A stretch of DNA of 64,000 nt from an uncultured Verrucomicrobiae bacterium (GTDB lineage: Bacteria; Verrucomicrobiota; Verrucomicrobiia; Chthoniobacterales; Chthoniobacteraceae). Shown one piece after another: positions 33,116 to 42,123 of the stretch; within the stretch, counting starts at the first letter, position 1, and every line of letters begins with the position of its first letter. The notes under the pieces are model-generated. The model was not told where the DNA came from. It saw nothing but the letters and a program-made list of their open reading frames with translations, and ran no database searches. The stretch is from assembly GCA_963769025.1 (NCBI GenBank), contig CAVYKI010000009.1:256001-320000 (forward strand), given 5' to 3'. The position numbers and the translations under genes are program-made.

Positions 33116-33261
33116 TCGATTCTCATCTTTGGGTAGGCACCCATATCATGAGTGACCACCGGTTGCTTTATTTGATTCCAAGCGATGGACGGATTGCGTC
33201 GATCGTTTGATCGACGATTCCGCGCACCCCCGAATAGATTCGCGCGAACCTGCACCCCTCC

Positions 33262-34761
33262 ATGAACACAAAGACCGCATTCCTCGCCGTCGCCGCGTTG
33301 CTCGGTTGCTTTCCGGCATTCGCCCAGGAGCCGCAAGCCGGCAAGACTTCGCCCGCGGGGGATGAACGGCTGGCGGTTCTGCGCGCGCTGAAGATCAACG
33401 CCGCGACGATTACGCATGTGGAGCGCGATCCGTCGGGGACGCGGACCGTCGTAAAGCTGGTGCTCAATCCCGCGAAGGGGTCGAACATCAACGTCGAAGT
33501 CTGGCTGCCCGACGCCGAAAATTGGAACGCGCGCTTTCTCGGGCTCGGCAATGGCGGCGCCGCCGGGAAGATCAACTCCGGCAGTCTGTCGAGTCAGAGC
33601 GGAGCGGGTTACGCCGTGGCGACGACGGACATGGGCACCGCGCCGAACTCCGACTCCGGCGTCGGCAATCCGGAAGTCTGGAAGGATTTTGGCTTCCGCG
33701 CCACGCATCTCATGACCGTCGCGGCGAAGCAGGTCGTGCGCGCCCACTACGGCAAGGATCCGGAGTTTTCCTATTTCAGCGGCGGCTCGACGGGCGGCCA
33801 GCAGGCGCTCCAGGAGGCGCAGCGTTATCCCGAGGACTACGATGGCATCGCCGCCGCGGTCCCCGCGCATTGCCGCACGCCGCTGCACGCCTATTTCCTG
33901 TGGAACGATCAGATATTGAAAAAGTGCCCCTTCACGAAGTCGCAGGACGCCAGCGTCATCGCCGCCGCGAATGAATTCATGGCGTCGCGGGAAGTCCCGG
34001 TGGCGGCGGGAAAGTTCGTCTCCGACCCGCGCTGCACCGCGCAGGACATCGAGGCCGTCATCACGCTGGCGCGGAAAAAGGACGCGACGCTGACCGACGA
34101 GCACGCCGCGGCGCTGCGCAAGCTCTTCGACGGACCGCGCCACGCCGTGACCGGCGAACGCATCTTCAACGGCATCCCGCTCGGCAGTTCCATCGAGTCC
34201 GCGCACGGGCACCTGTATCTCTTCAAATGGGTCTTCGGCGCCGAAAAGAACTTGGACGACATCAATTTCGGCACAGACATCGACACCTACACCGCCGCGC
34301 TCGCGCCGTATCTCAACGCGGAGAACCCCGACCTGAGCGCTTTCGAGAAGCGCGGCGGCAAGCTGATCATGACCCTCGGCACCGCAGATTCCGTCGTGCC
34401 CTACCACGCGTCGCTCGACTATTACGAGCGCGTGATCGAGCGCCTCGGCGGACTGGAAAAGGTGCAGTCCTTTTTCCGCTTCTACCTCGTGCCCGGCCTC
34501 GCCCACGGCGGCGGCCCCGGAATCAACCAGCCGCCCAACCTCCTCGAAACCGTGCGCGCCTGGCGCGAGAATGGCACCACGCCGTTCGCCCTGCCGGGAC
34601 GGCATGTAGAGAAGGACCACGCCCCATGGGAAATGCCTCTCTATCCCTATCCGACCCGCACTGGATGGGACGCCGCGACCTCCACCTTCCAGCCCGTGGA
34701 TGGCCCACGCCGTGGCGTGGAACGCGTCGCCGAACGCTTCCGCCCGCCTGCGGCAGATTGA
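33262..34761 (+). CDS. Tannase/feruloyl esterase-family hydrolase
   Basis: EVWLP..WNARF.G.GNGG, ATTDMG, GGSTGGQQAL.EAQRYP.DYDGI, FEKRGGKLI, RFYLVPGLAHG. Confidence 0.9.
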   Translation: MNTKTAFLAVAALLGCFPAFAQEPQAGKTSPAGDERLAVLRALKINAATITHVERDPSGTRTVVKLVLNPAKGSNINVEVWLPDAENWNARFLGLGNGGAAGKINSGSLSSQSGAGYAVATTDMGTAPNSDSGVGNPEVWKDFGFRATHLMTVAAKQVVRAHYGKDPEFSYFSGGSTGGQQALQEAQRYPEDYDGIAAAVPAHCRTPLHAYFLWNDQILKKCPFTKSQDASVIAAANEFMASREVPVAAGKFVSDPRCTAQDIEAVITLARKKDATLTDEHAAALRKLFDGPRHAVTGERIFNGIPLGSSIESAHGHLYLFKWVFGAEKNLDDINFGTDIDTYTAALAPYLNAENPDLSAFEKRGGKLIMTLGTADSVVPYHASLDYYERVIERLGGLEKVQSFFRFYLVPGLAHGGGPGINQPPNLLETVRAWRENGTTPFALPGRHVEKDHAPWEMPLYPYPTRTGWDAATSTFQPVDGPRRGVERVAERFRPPAAD

Positions 34762-34770
34762 GGCGGAAGC

Positions 34771-35641
34771 TCACTTCCCCAGCGTCGGCAGGAGCACGTG
34801 CAACCACTTCAGTGTATCGTCGGGCCAAACGCGGGCGTCGCCTCTGCAATGCAGGCCGTAGCCGTGACCGCCGGTCGGATAGAGTTTGAAATCATGCGCC
34901 ACCTTCGCCGCGGTGAGCGCGGCGTCGTAAACTTTGCTGCCGACCACGTGGGTCTTGTCGTCCTCGTTGTGAATGATGAGCGTCGGCGGGATCTGCGCCT
35001 GTGAGATTGAGGTCCGGCGCGGTGTGGCCGGCCTTGTCGTCGAGATATGCCGGGTAAACGAGCACGGCAAAATCCGGCCGGCAGCTCTTTGCGTCGATCG
35101 CATCGATGGGCGCGTAGCTCCGCTCCTCCAGCGGCGCGCTCGTCTTCGCCGCGAGATTGCCGCCGGCGGAGAAGCCGATGATGCCGAGCCGCTGCGGATC
35201 GATGTTCCATTCCGCCGCGCGCTCCCGGGCGAGGCTCAGGGCGCGCTGGGCATCCTGCAGCGCCCCGGCGCGGTTGTTGGGCGTGCGATACTTCAGCACC
35301 AGCGCCTGATCCCGGCGGAGTTCAGCCACGCCGCAATCTCGGTGCCCTCCTTGTCGATGACCGTGTAGCTGTACCCGCCGCCGGGACAGACGATCATGGC
35401 CGGTGCCGCCGCCGCGCCCGCTTTCCGCGGCGCCGGAAACAGCGTCAACGTGGGCCGGCTGACATTGGTGATCCGATGAAAGCCGTCATTCCGCGGCACC
35501 TCCGCCTCGGGTGCATTCGCGCCTTTGCCCGGCATCTTTCCCTCCGGCCACACATCCACCGTCGCCGCCGTCGGCGGAGTCGCCGTCTGCGCGAAGGTGG
35601 TTCCGACAAAGGACAAAGAGGACGAGCAGGCGGGTGATCAT
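34771..35641 (-). CDS. Secreted alpha/beta hydrolase (carbohydrate esterase-like), frameshifted
   Basis: CPGGGY, LKYR, GFSAGGNL, RPDFAVLVYP, GGHGYG across three ORFs. Confidence 0.85.
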
Positions 35642-35977
35642 CGGGAAGGGGAGAGTTGTTTTGGCGACGGTTGTAGCGGAACGAGTGGAGAGCGCATCGC
35701 TGACTTTTGCAACGGGCGACAAAGCCGACGACGAAGAAGATGCGCACGCACTTTGCCGGGACCCGGTGGCGTGAATGGCGGCCGGCTCGCATCGTGGCAG
35801 CAACTCCATGGCGCCATTCTGATTCCCGCTGCAAATCGACGCGAAGGACTGGTACTTCGACGACGTGAAGATCCGGAATGGCTGGCCCCGTGTGCAGGTG
35901 CTCGGGTGACCTCGCGGTGAACGCCGTCATCCGGTCTGCGGGATTGACGATGGCGCTCCGATCCCGAGACTCGATTC

Positions 35978-37222
35978 ATGGTTCACGCCGGATCCAGCCG
36001 TGGAAGTCTTTGGTTTCTCGTCGCGCTGTCGTTGGGCTTGGCGCGGGTCGCGGAGGGTAAAGAGCGGGGGGTCGTTGACGGTCCCGCCGCTGCCGTGGAA
36101 CTGCGGACGGAGATGAAAGCGGACGCACCCGTGGTCGCGACCGCAATGCCTGGTGAACCGTTTTCCTTCGAGCCCGAGGAGGGGAACGAGTGGGGAAAGG
36201 TCACGCTCGCCTCGGGCAAGTCGGGCTGGCTGCCGCTGAGCCGGATCCGTCTCTTTTTCGACGCAGGGGACCTGCCGAAAAAGGATCCGGTCGGGACTTC
36301 CGAGATCGACCAGGCGGCACGTCGTCTCGGGTTTGATTACGTGAAGGTGACCCGATTGGCGGCGCAGGGCGATGCGAAGGCGCTCAGGCAATTTTTCTTA
36401 CTGGCGCAGGCGGCCGATGGCGCAGCGGCGGAATCCCTCACGACCATCCCCACCGCGGTCTATCACCTCCTGGGCGATGCGAAGTTTGCAAAGTATCTCG
36501 GTGCGCAGCCCGTGTCCCATCAGGCCCTGGTGCGGAACATCGTCGTCGGCGACGGCCGGCTCCCGCCCACCACCCTTTACTTGCAGCGCCATTTTCCCGA
36601 GACGACCAGGATCCTTTTTCCCAGCGAGATGGTCGCCTGGCCTTCGCCGGACGGCCGTTTCGCCATCCGCAAGGTTTTCTCCGACCCCTTCGACTTGCGC
36701 GCGGGCAAGATCACGCGGGCGGAGCTCGTCGAGAAGAAGACGGGTCAGGTGCTTTTGGACATGACCGCCGATGACATCGGCACGGGCTCAGACCGCGAAG
36801 GAAAGATCGTCTGGTCGCCGGATTCGAAGCGCTTCGCCAGTCTCTCGGTCGCGATGAACCACAATCAACGCAATTTGTTCGGCGAGCCAGGCCAGGTGCC
36901 GCACCGGAAACAGACGGCGGTTTATCAGCTCGCGGGAGACTCGTGGAGCCGGGTCGAGATGTCTTTCGACAAAGTGCCGGGCCGGGAGCGCGACACCGAA
37001 CTGCAGCGCGCGATGATCGGGCATGACTACATCGAGCCGGTCCGCTGGCAGAAGAAAAACGTGCTCCTGCTGGAGCGGCACGAGTATTACGAGATAAAGA
37101 AGCCGATTGAGAATTCGACGTTCGAGCAGATCGTCGGTCTTGGCCGCTGGTACTGGATCACGGCGACCATCAGTCCCGAGGGTAAGGCGACTCTCGCCTG
37201 GAAAGTCCGAAAACTTCCATGA
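35978..37222 (+). CDS. Hypothetical secreted protein with SH3-like N-terminal domain
   Basis: Signal peptide; VELR....ADAPVV..EWGKV..SGKSGWL SH3b-like pattern; SPDGRF and WSPDSKRFA blade-like motifs. Confidence 0.6.
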   Translation: MVHAGSSRGSLWFLVALSLGLARVAEGKERGVVDGPAAAVELRTEMKADAPVVATAMPGEPFSFEPEEGNEWGKVTLASGKSGWLPLSRIRLFFDAGDLPKKDPVGTSEIDQAARRLGFDYVKVTRLAAQGDAKALRQFFLLAQAADGAAAESLTTIPTAVYHLLGDAKFAKYLGAQPVSHQALVRNIVVGDGRLPPTTLYLQRHFPETTRILFPSEMVAWPSPDGRFAIRKVFSDPFDLRAGKITRAELVEKKTGQVLLDMTADDIGTGSDREGKIVWSPDSKRFASLSVAMNHNQRNLFGEPGQVPHRKQTAVYQLAGDSWSRVEMSFDKVPGRERDTELQRAMIGHDYIEPVRWQKKNVLLLERHEYYEIKKPIENSTFEQIVGLGRWYWITATISPEGKATLAWKVRKLP

Positions 37223-37296
37223 TGGCGGGGATTTGCTCACCGGATCGCAGCAAGCGTTCGTGACGCAACTAGATCCGGGCCGAGGTGCCGTGCGGC

Positions 37297-37749
37297 TTAC
37301 GGCTGATCGGGGATTTCCGCCTCGACGAGTTTCGCGAGCAGCACCAGCGATTCCTGCCAGCCCAGGTAGCAGGCCTCGGCGGGTATCATTGCGGGGATGC
37401 CTTCCTGTGTCGCGGTCAGTTCGGTGCCGCACATGACCTGCTTGAGGGTGATCGTCGTCAACATTTCGCCGGGCAGGTTCGGGTCGTCAAAGATGTCCGT
37501 GTAGCGGAGGAGTTCGTTCGGCTTGAGCTCAAGGTAGGTTCCGCCGAAGGAGTGGCTTTTGCCGGTTGTGAAATTCGTGAACGACATCCGGAAGGTGCCG
37601 CCCTCCTTCGCATCGAGGTGATGTACCCTGCCTGTGAATCCATTTGGCGGAAGCCACTTCGCCATCGCATCCGCATCGAGGAATGCGCGGTAAACCCGCT
37701 CCGGCGTCGCGCGGAGCACCCGGTGAAGCCGGACAGTGTTGGTCGTCAT
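37297..37749 (-). CDS. SRPBCC/AHSA1-family protein
   Basis: VRLHRVLRATPERVYRAF..KWLPP..GGTFRMSF..GWQESL. Confidence 0.9.
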   Translation of the reverse strand: MTTNTVRLHRVLRATPERVYRAFLDADAMAKWLPPNGFTGRVHHLDAKEGGTFRMSFTNFTTGKSHSFGGTYLELKPNELLRYTDIFDDPNLPGEMLTTITLKQVMCGTELTATQEGIPAMIPAEACYLGWQESLVLLAKLVEAEIPDQP

Positions 37750-37940
37750 GTTGGCGTTTGCGTTGGGTTTCGTCATAAAAACGGACAGGCGGTAGTGCGG
37801 ATGCGGGCGTGAGCCTAGTGCCGCGGCCTTGCCGGTTGCAACCCGCGCGCCGGTCCGGCGTGTGCGGGGCGCGCTTCGTTTTGGAAGATGGAAACGCTGT
37901 CGGTTTTTTGCGCACTGGCGTATGGGTGGCGCTGGAATCC

Positions 37941-39011
37941 ATGCCTTCGCCTTTCACCGCTCCGCGTTCACTGCCCGATCTTTCGGCGGAGGAACTGGGT
38001 GCCTGGATGGAGGCGCGGTCTTTCAAGCCTTCGCATGCACTGCGGGTGCTACGGCGGCTGTATGCGGGCGACGACGCAGTGGGCACTCGCGCGCGGATGC
38101 CGGCGGGATTGGCGGAGATGATGCGGGTGAGCTTTTCCGCCGAGGCGGCGAGTCTCGCGCGGCGCCAGGTGTCGGATGACGGGACGGCCAAGCTGCTGCT
38201 GCGGCTCGGCGACGGGCGCACGGTGGAGTCGGTGCTCATGCCGGACTTTCACGCGGACCGGGCGGCGGGTTGCATCTCCAGCCAGGTGGGCTGCGCGATG
38301 GGCTGCGACTTTTGCGCGACGACGCAGACGGGCTTTGAGCGGAATCTTTCGTCGGGCGAAATCGCGGAGCAGTTCATCCGGCTGCGGCGCGAGGCGCGGA
38401 TGGCGGGGCGCACGTTGCGCACGGTGGTCTTCATGGGCATGGGCGAGCCGATGCTGAACCTTCCCAATGTGCTCGCGTCGGTGAGGCGAATCGCCGATCC
38501 CGCGCTTGGCGCGCTGGGCTGGAGGCAGGTCACCATTTCCACCGTAGGCATCGTGCCCGGCATCGAGGAACTGCGTGAGGCGGATCTCGGTGTGCATCTC
38601 GCGCTGTCGCTCCACGCGCCGGATGATGCGACGCGGGCAGAGCTGCTGCCGATGGGCAGGCGGTTCGACGTGCAGGACGTGCTCGGCGCCGCGGATCGCT
38701 ATCAGGCGAGCAGCGGGCGCATCACGACCATCCAGTATTGCCTGCTCGCGGGCGTGAACGACTCGCTCGCGCAGGCGCGCGACCTTTCCCGGCTGCTCGA
38801 TGGCCGCGACATGCACGTGAATCTGCTGCGGTACAATCCCACCGGCCTGAGCCTGCGCGGCCGCACTTACGCACCGAGCGGCATGGCGCAGACCGAGGCA
38901 TTTCTGGCCGAGTTGCGAGCCCGTGGCGCCGTCGCTCATCTGCGCCGGGCGCGAGGGCCGGATATCGATGCCGCGTGCGGGCAATTGCGGCGGCGCGCCG
39001 CGGTTTCGTAG
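37941..39011 (+). CDS. RlmN/Cfr-family radical SAM RNA methyltransferase
   Basis: VESVL, CISSQVGCAMGCDFC (CxxxCxxC), FMGMGEP, ISTVG, SLHA, IDAACGQL. Confidence 0.9.
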   Translation: MPSPFTAPRSLPDLSAEELGAWMEARSFKPSHALRVLRRLYAGDDAVGTRARMPAGLAEMMRVSFSAEAASLARRQVSDDGTAKLLLRLGDGRTVESVLMPDFHADRAAGCISSQVGCAMGCDFCATTQTGFERNLSSGEIAEQFIRLRREARMAGRTLRTVVFMGMGEPMLNLPNVLASVRRIADPALGALGWRQVTISTVGIVPGIEELREADLGVHLALSLHAPDDATRAELLPMGRRFDVQDVLGAADRYQASSGRITTIQYCLLAGVNDSLAQARDLSRLLDGRDMHVNLLRYNPTGLSLRGRTYAPSGMAQTEAFLAELRARGAVAHLRRARGPDIDAACGQLRRRAAVS

Positions 39012-39065
39012 CCGCCGGACGCAGCCCGCGGCGAACCTTGACCGTGATGGAAACCGACGCCGGGC

Positions 39066-39270
39066 TCAGTCCAGCCACTTCACGCTGACGACCTGATTGA
39101 CGGTGATCTTGCCGCCGGCCTCGGGGATGTTTTCCGTAGTCGTCTTCCATTGCACCTGGCACTTGCGGTGGAGGTGGCGCTTCGGGGAAGCGAGCACCTT
39201 TTCCACGGAGGCGTCCGGGCTGAGGATGAAGTAGGAGACTTCGCCGTCCTTCGTACGCATGTTCCAGTGG
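39066..39270 (-). pseudogene. 3' remnant of hypothetical gene
   Basis: Protein-like HWNMRTKDGEVSYFIL...ENIPEAGG..VVSVKWLD* with no plausible 5' region. Confidence 0.5.
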
Positions 39271-39642
39271 GAGTTGCAGGTGAAGTCGCGCAATGCGCTC
39301 GGCCCGTCGATGGAGGCGCTGTTCGGTCTCACGGAATTGAACGACGCCGCGTGGAAGACGCTGCGCGACGCGTCCTCGACGAGCTATCTGCGAAAGGATC
39401 TTCCGCCGTACCTGCTCATCCACGGCGACAAGGACGCGCAGGTGCCCTACGAGCAGTCCGTGCAGTTTCAGCAGAAGATGAAGGCCCTCGGCGCGCGGTG
39501 CGACTTCATCACCATCAAGGACGGCGTCCACGGCATGGGCGGCTGGGACAAGCTCGGCTCCGACTACAAGGGGCAGATGATTGCATGGCTGAAAAAGACG
39601 CTGGCATCCGCGGGTGCGCCCGGCGAAGCGGCGGCAAGGTAG
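39265..39642 (+). pseudogene. C-terminal fragment of alpha/beta hydrolase
   Basis: PPYLLIHGDKDAQVP.EQS...GVHG (catalytic Asp/His region); the nucleophile GxSxG half is absent. Confidence 0.7.
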
Positions 39643-39795
39643 CAACCTCTCGCGAAGCCGCCGGCCACGGGGACGGCGAGCCATTTGTGAACGAGCGGCC
39701 CGGCGAGCGGCATATGGATTTCGAAATGGCTGAAAACGCTCGTAGCGGGCGAAAGTTCCGCTAAGGCAGGGCGGTCTTCACGGTTCCCCCACGCC

Positions 39796-40803
39796 ATGCT
39801 TCCACTTTTCTCCGCTCTCGCTGTCCTTTTGGTCACAGCGCTGGCCGAGTGGCTGCATGCCCGGCGGATTCGTGCGGTTGCCCGGCTGGCGTTTGGCCCG
39901 GCTGGTGTCCCGAAGCGCTGGACACGCGTCCTACCCTTGCTCCGCGCGCTGTGCCTCGCAGTTTTCACGTGGGGCCTGGCGACGCTCGTGGTCCTGAAGC
40001 TCGCCCCCGCGGGCGGTGGCAAGGATGGCGGTGGGAAGGAGGCGACACGGCTGGTCTTCGTCGCGGATCTTTCGCCGAGCATGCATCTCCGGGACGCGGG
40101 TCCGGATGGGAAGCAGAAGCGGCAGGAGCGGATGCGGGAAGTCGTGGAGGGCATCCTGCAGCGCGTGAGCGGGAATCTGCGCTTTGGCGTGATCGGCTTT
40201 TACACCGATTCCGTGCCCGTGGTGATGGAGGCCCGCGACCCGGAGCTCGTGCGCAATGTCTTCAACGGACTGCCGCTCACCTACGCGATGCCGGTGGGAC
40301 AGACGGACCTCGGGCAGGCGATCAATGCGGCGGTCAAACTCGTCGGCGATTTTCCCGAGGCGAGCACGCGGCTGATCATTTTCACCGACGGAGACTCCGT
40401 GAGTCTCTTGCCGATCGCGCCGCGGCCAAAGTCGGTGAAGGAAGTTTTCGTCCTCGGCGTGGGCAATCCGCACAAGGGGACATTCATCGATGGACATCAA
40501 TCGAGGCAGGAGGGCGACACGCTGCGGATGGTGGCGTCCGCGCTCATGGGCACGTACGTCGATGTGAATGAGAAGCACCTGACGACCACGGCGCTCGGCG
40601 ATCTGGTGGTGACGACCGCGCTGCCTTCGCGCGGCCTGAGCCTCGCGGAACTCGCCGTGCTGGCGATGGCCGTCGGCGCTGCGATCTTGACGCTCATCCC
40701 GGTCGCTCTGGAGTTTTTTGGCAGCGATTGGACGGTGGACGGGCCTGCGCGCGGGAACCCCCGGCAGACGCGCACGAAGGAAGGCGTGATATCCGCGCGA
40801 TGA
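39796..40803 (+). CDS. Membrane vWA-domain protein (BatB-like)
   Basis: Two N-terminal TM segments; MIDAS DLSPS, TD, FTDGD; C-terminal TM. Confidence 0.85.
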   Translation: MLPLFSALAVLLVTALAEWLHARRIRAVARLAFGPAGVPKRWTRVLPLLRALCLAVFTWGLATLVVLKLAPAGGGKDGGGKEATRLVFVADLSPSMHLRDAGPDGKQKRQERMREVVEGILQRVSGNLRFGVIGFYTDSVPVVMEARDPELVRNVFNGLPLTYAMPVGQTDLGQAINAAVKLVGDFPEASTRLIIFTDGDSVSLLPIAPRPKSVKEVFVLGVGNPHKGTFIDGHQSRQEGDTLRMVASALMGTYVDVNEKHLTTTALGDLVVTTALPSRGLSLAELAVLAMAVGAAILTLIPVALEFFGSDWTVDGPARGNPRQTRTKEGVISAR

Positions 40804-41363
40804 GGAAGTTTTTCACCCTGCTCTGGCTGCTCTTCCCGGTGGCGGTGCTTTATTACCATTTCACCGAGGGCCAGAATCAAATCCTGCGCGAGAAGGCCCG
40901 CATCCACGTCGCGCAGATTCGCGCCCTCGAGCATGCGAAGGAGCCGGATTGGGAAACGATCGTGGCGGAATACGACAAGGTCGCCTCCGAACTTCCCGCC
41001 GGGGAGAAGCCGCTCGTGTTGCATCAGATCCGCCTCGCAAAGGCGAAGGCGCGGCTGGAGATGCTGGACATCGCCGGTGCAATCACGGAGCTGACTGCCT
41101 TGCTCCAGGAGTCCGCGCAGACGCACGGCGAGGACGCGAAGCTCACGCGCGCCGTCCGCGAGATGCTCGGCAAGGCGCACTATTACGCCACGTATTTGCT
41201 GAAGACGAACGGCGCCGCGGAAGAGGAATGGCGGCCCTACGCCGAGCGGACGCGGCAGATTTTCCGCTACCTCGCGGAGCACCAGGACCCGGCGGCGCTC
41301 GCCCGATACGAGGAGCGGGTCGGGGCCGAATTTGAGAAGACCATGCAAAGGAGAACACCATGA
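40800..41363 (+). CDS. Hypothetical helical membrane-anchored protein
   Basis: ATGA overlaps at both ends; N-terminal hydrophobic anchor; TPR-like helices. Confidence 0.75.
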   Translation: MRKFFTLLWLLFPVAVLYYHFTEGQNQILREKARIHVAQIRALEHAKEPDWETIVAEYDKVASELPAGEKPLVLHQIRLAKAKARLEMLDIAGAITELTALLQESAQTHGEDAKLTRAVREMLGKAHYYATYLLKTNGAAEEEWRPYAERTRQIFRYLAEHQDPAALARYEERVGAEFEKTMQRRTP

Positions 41364-42079
41364 AGAATCGAAGCACACGTTGGGGATTTGCCACTTGGCT
41401 CTGGCTCGGCTGGATCGCTGTCGCGCAGGAGGCGCGTCCAACCGGCGCCGCAGTCGAGGGCATCAAGGGCGTGAAGGAAGACGCCGTGGCGAAGATTAGA
41501 AACGCCGAGACCGGGACTGCGGAGGGCACGAAGCTCACTGCCCCGGGTGTGAACAAGGTCAACGCCATCGACACAATCAGCGGCGTGAAGGCGGACGGAC
41601 GCGCCGTGCTCCCGCCGGTGAATCCCGTGCCGCCGCCACCTGTCGCGGGCAGCGCAAGCAGCGTCCCGACCGGGAGTGCGACCGGCACTACGACCGATGC
41701 CAAAGGCGTGAACAAGATCGACGGCGTCGACACCATCAACGGCGTGAAGGCGGATGGACGCACCGTGCTCCCGCCCGTGAACGCCGTGCCGCCGCCACCC
41801 GTTGCCGGCAGCGTCACGAATGCCGCAGGCGGCACGGTGGGAAGCGGCGGGACCATTCGCGCCGTCAATGGCGTCGCAGGGATCAACGCTGCCAAACTGC
41901 AAAACCTCGAGGCCGCGCTGAAACTCAAGCACGAGGGCACTGGCGCACCGGCGGGCGGCAAGGCAAAGGCCGCCGCGGCTTTGCTGGGGGACGGGCCGCC
42001 AGGACCGAAGCCCGGGCCAAAAACCGACGGGCGGGCTGGCTTTCAGGAATTCGACAAGCTCCCGGACACCGGTTCCTGA
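41360..42079 (+). CDS. Hypothetical secreted repeat protein
   Basis: Signal peptide ending AVA-Q; two 36-aa repeats; ATGA overlap with the upstream gene. Confidence 0.75.
   Translation: MKNRSTRWGFATWLWLGWIAVAQEARPTGAAVEGIKGVKEDAVAKIRNAETGTAEGTKLTAPGVNKVNAIDTISGVKADGRAVLPPVNPVPPPPVAGSASSVPTGSATGTTTDAKGVNKIDGVDTINGVKADGRTVLPPVNAVPPPPVAGSVTNAAGGTVGSGGTIRAVNGVAGINAAKLQNLEAALKLKHEGTGAPAGGKAKAAAALLGDGPPGPKPGPKTDGRAGFQEFDKLPDTGS
41546..41812 (+). repeat. Intragenic direct repeat, 2 x 108 nt (41546-41653, 41705-41812)
   Basis: GVNKVNAIDTISGVKADGRAVLPPVNPVPPPPVAGS vs GVNKIDGVDTINGVKADGRTVLPPVNAVPPPPVAGS. Confidence 0.9.
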
Positions 42080-42123
42080 CGCAGCACGCAGCTCACGCAA
42101 ATTTTCCCGACTCCCAAACGCCC

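Noticed and set aside
35650..35910. Protein-like fragment FPLQIDAKDWYFDDVKIRNGWPRVQVLG* between genes
   Set aside because: Too short to assign; may be a gene remnant; needs BLASTx.
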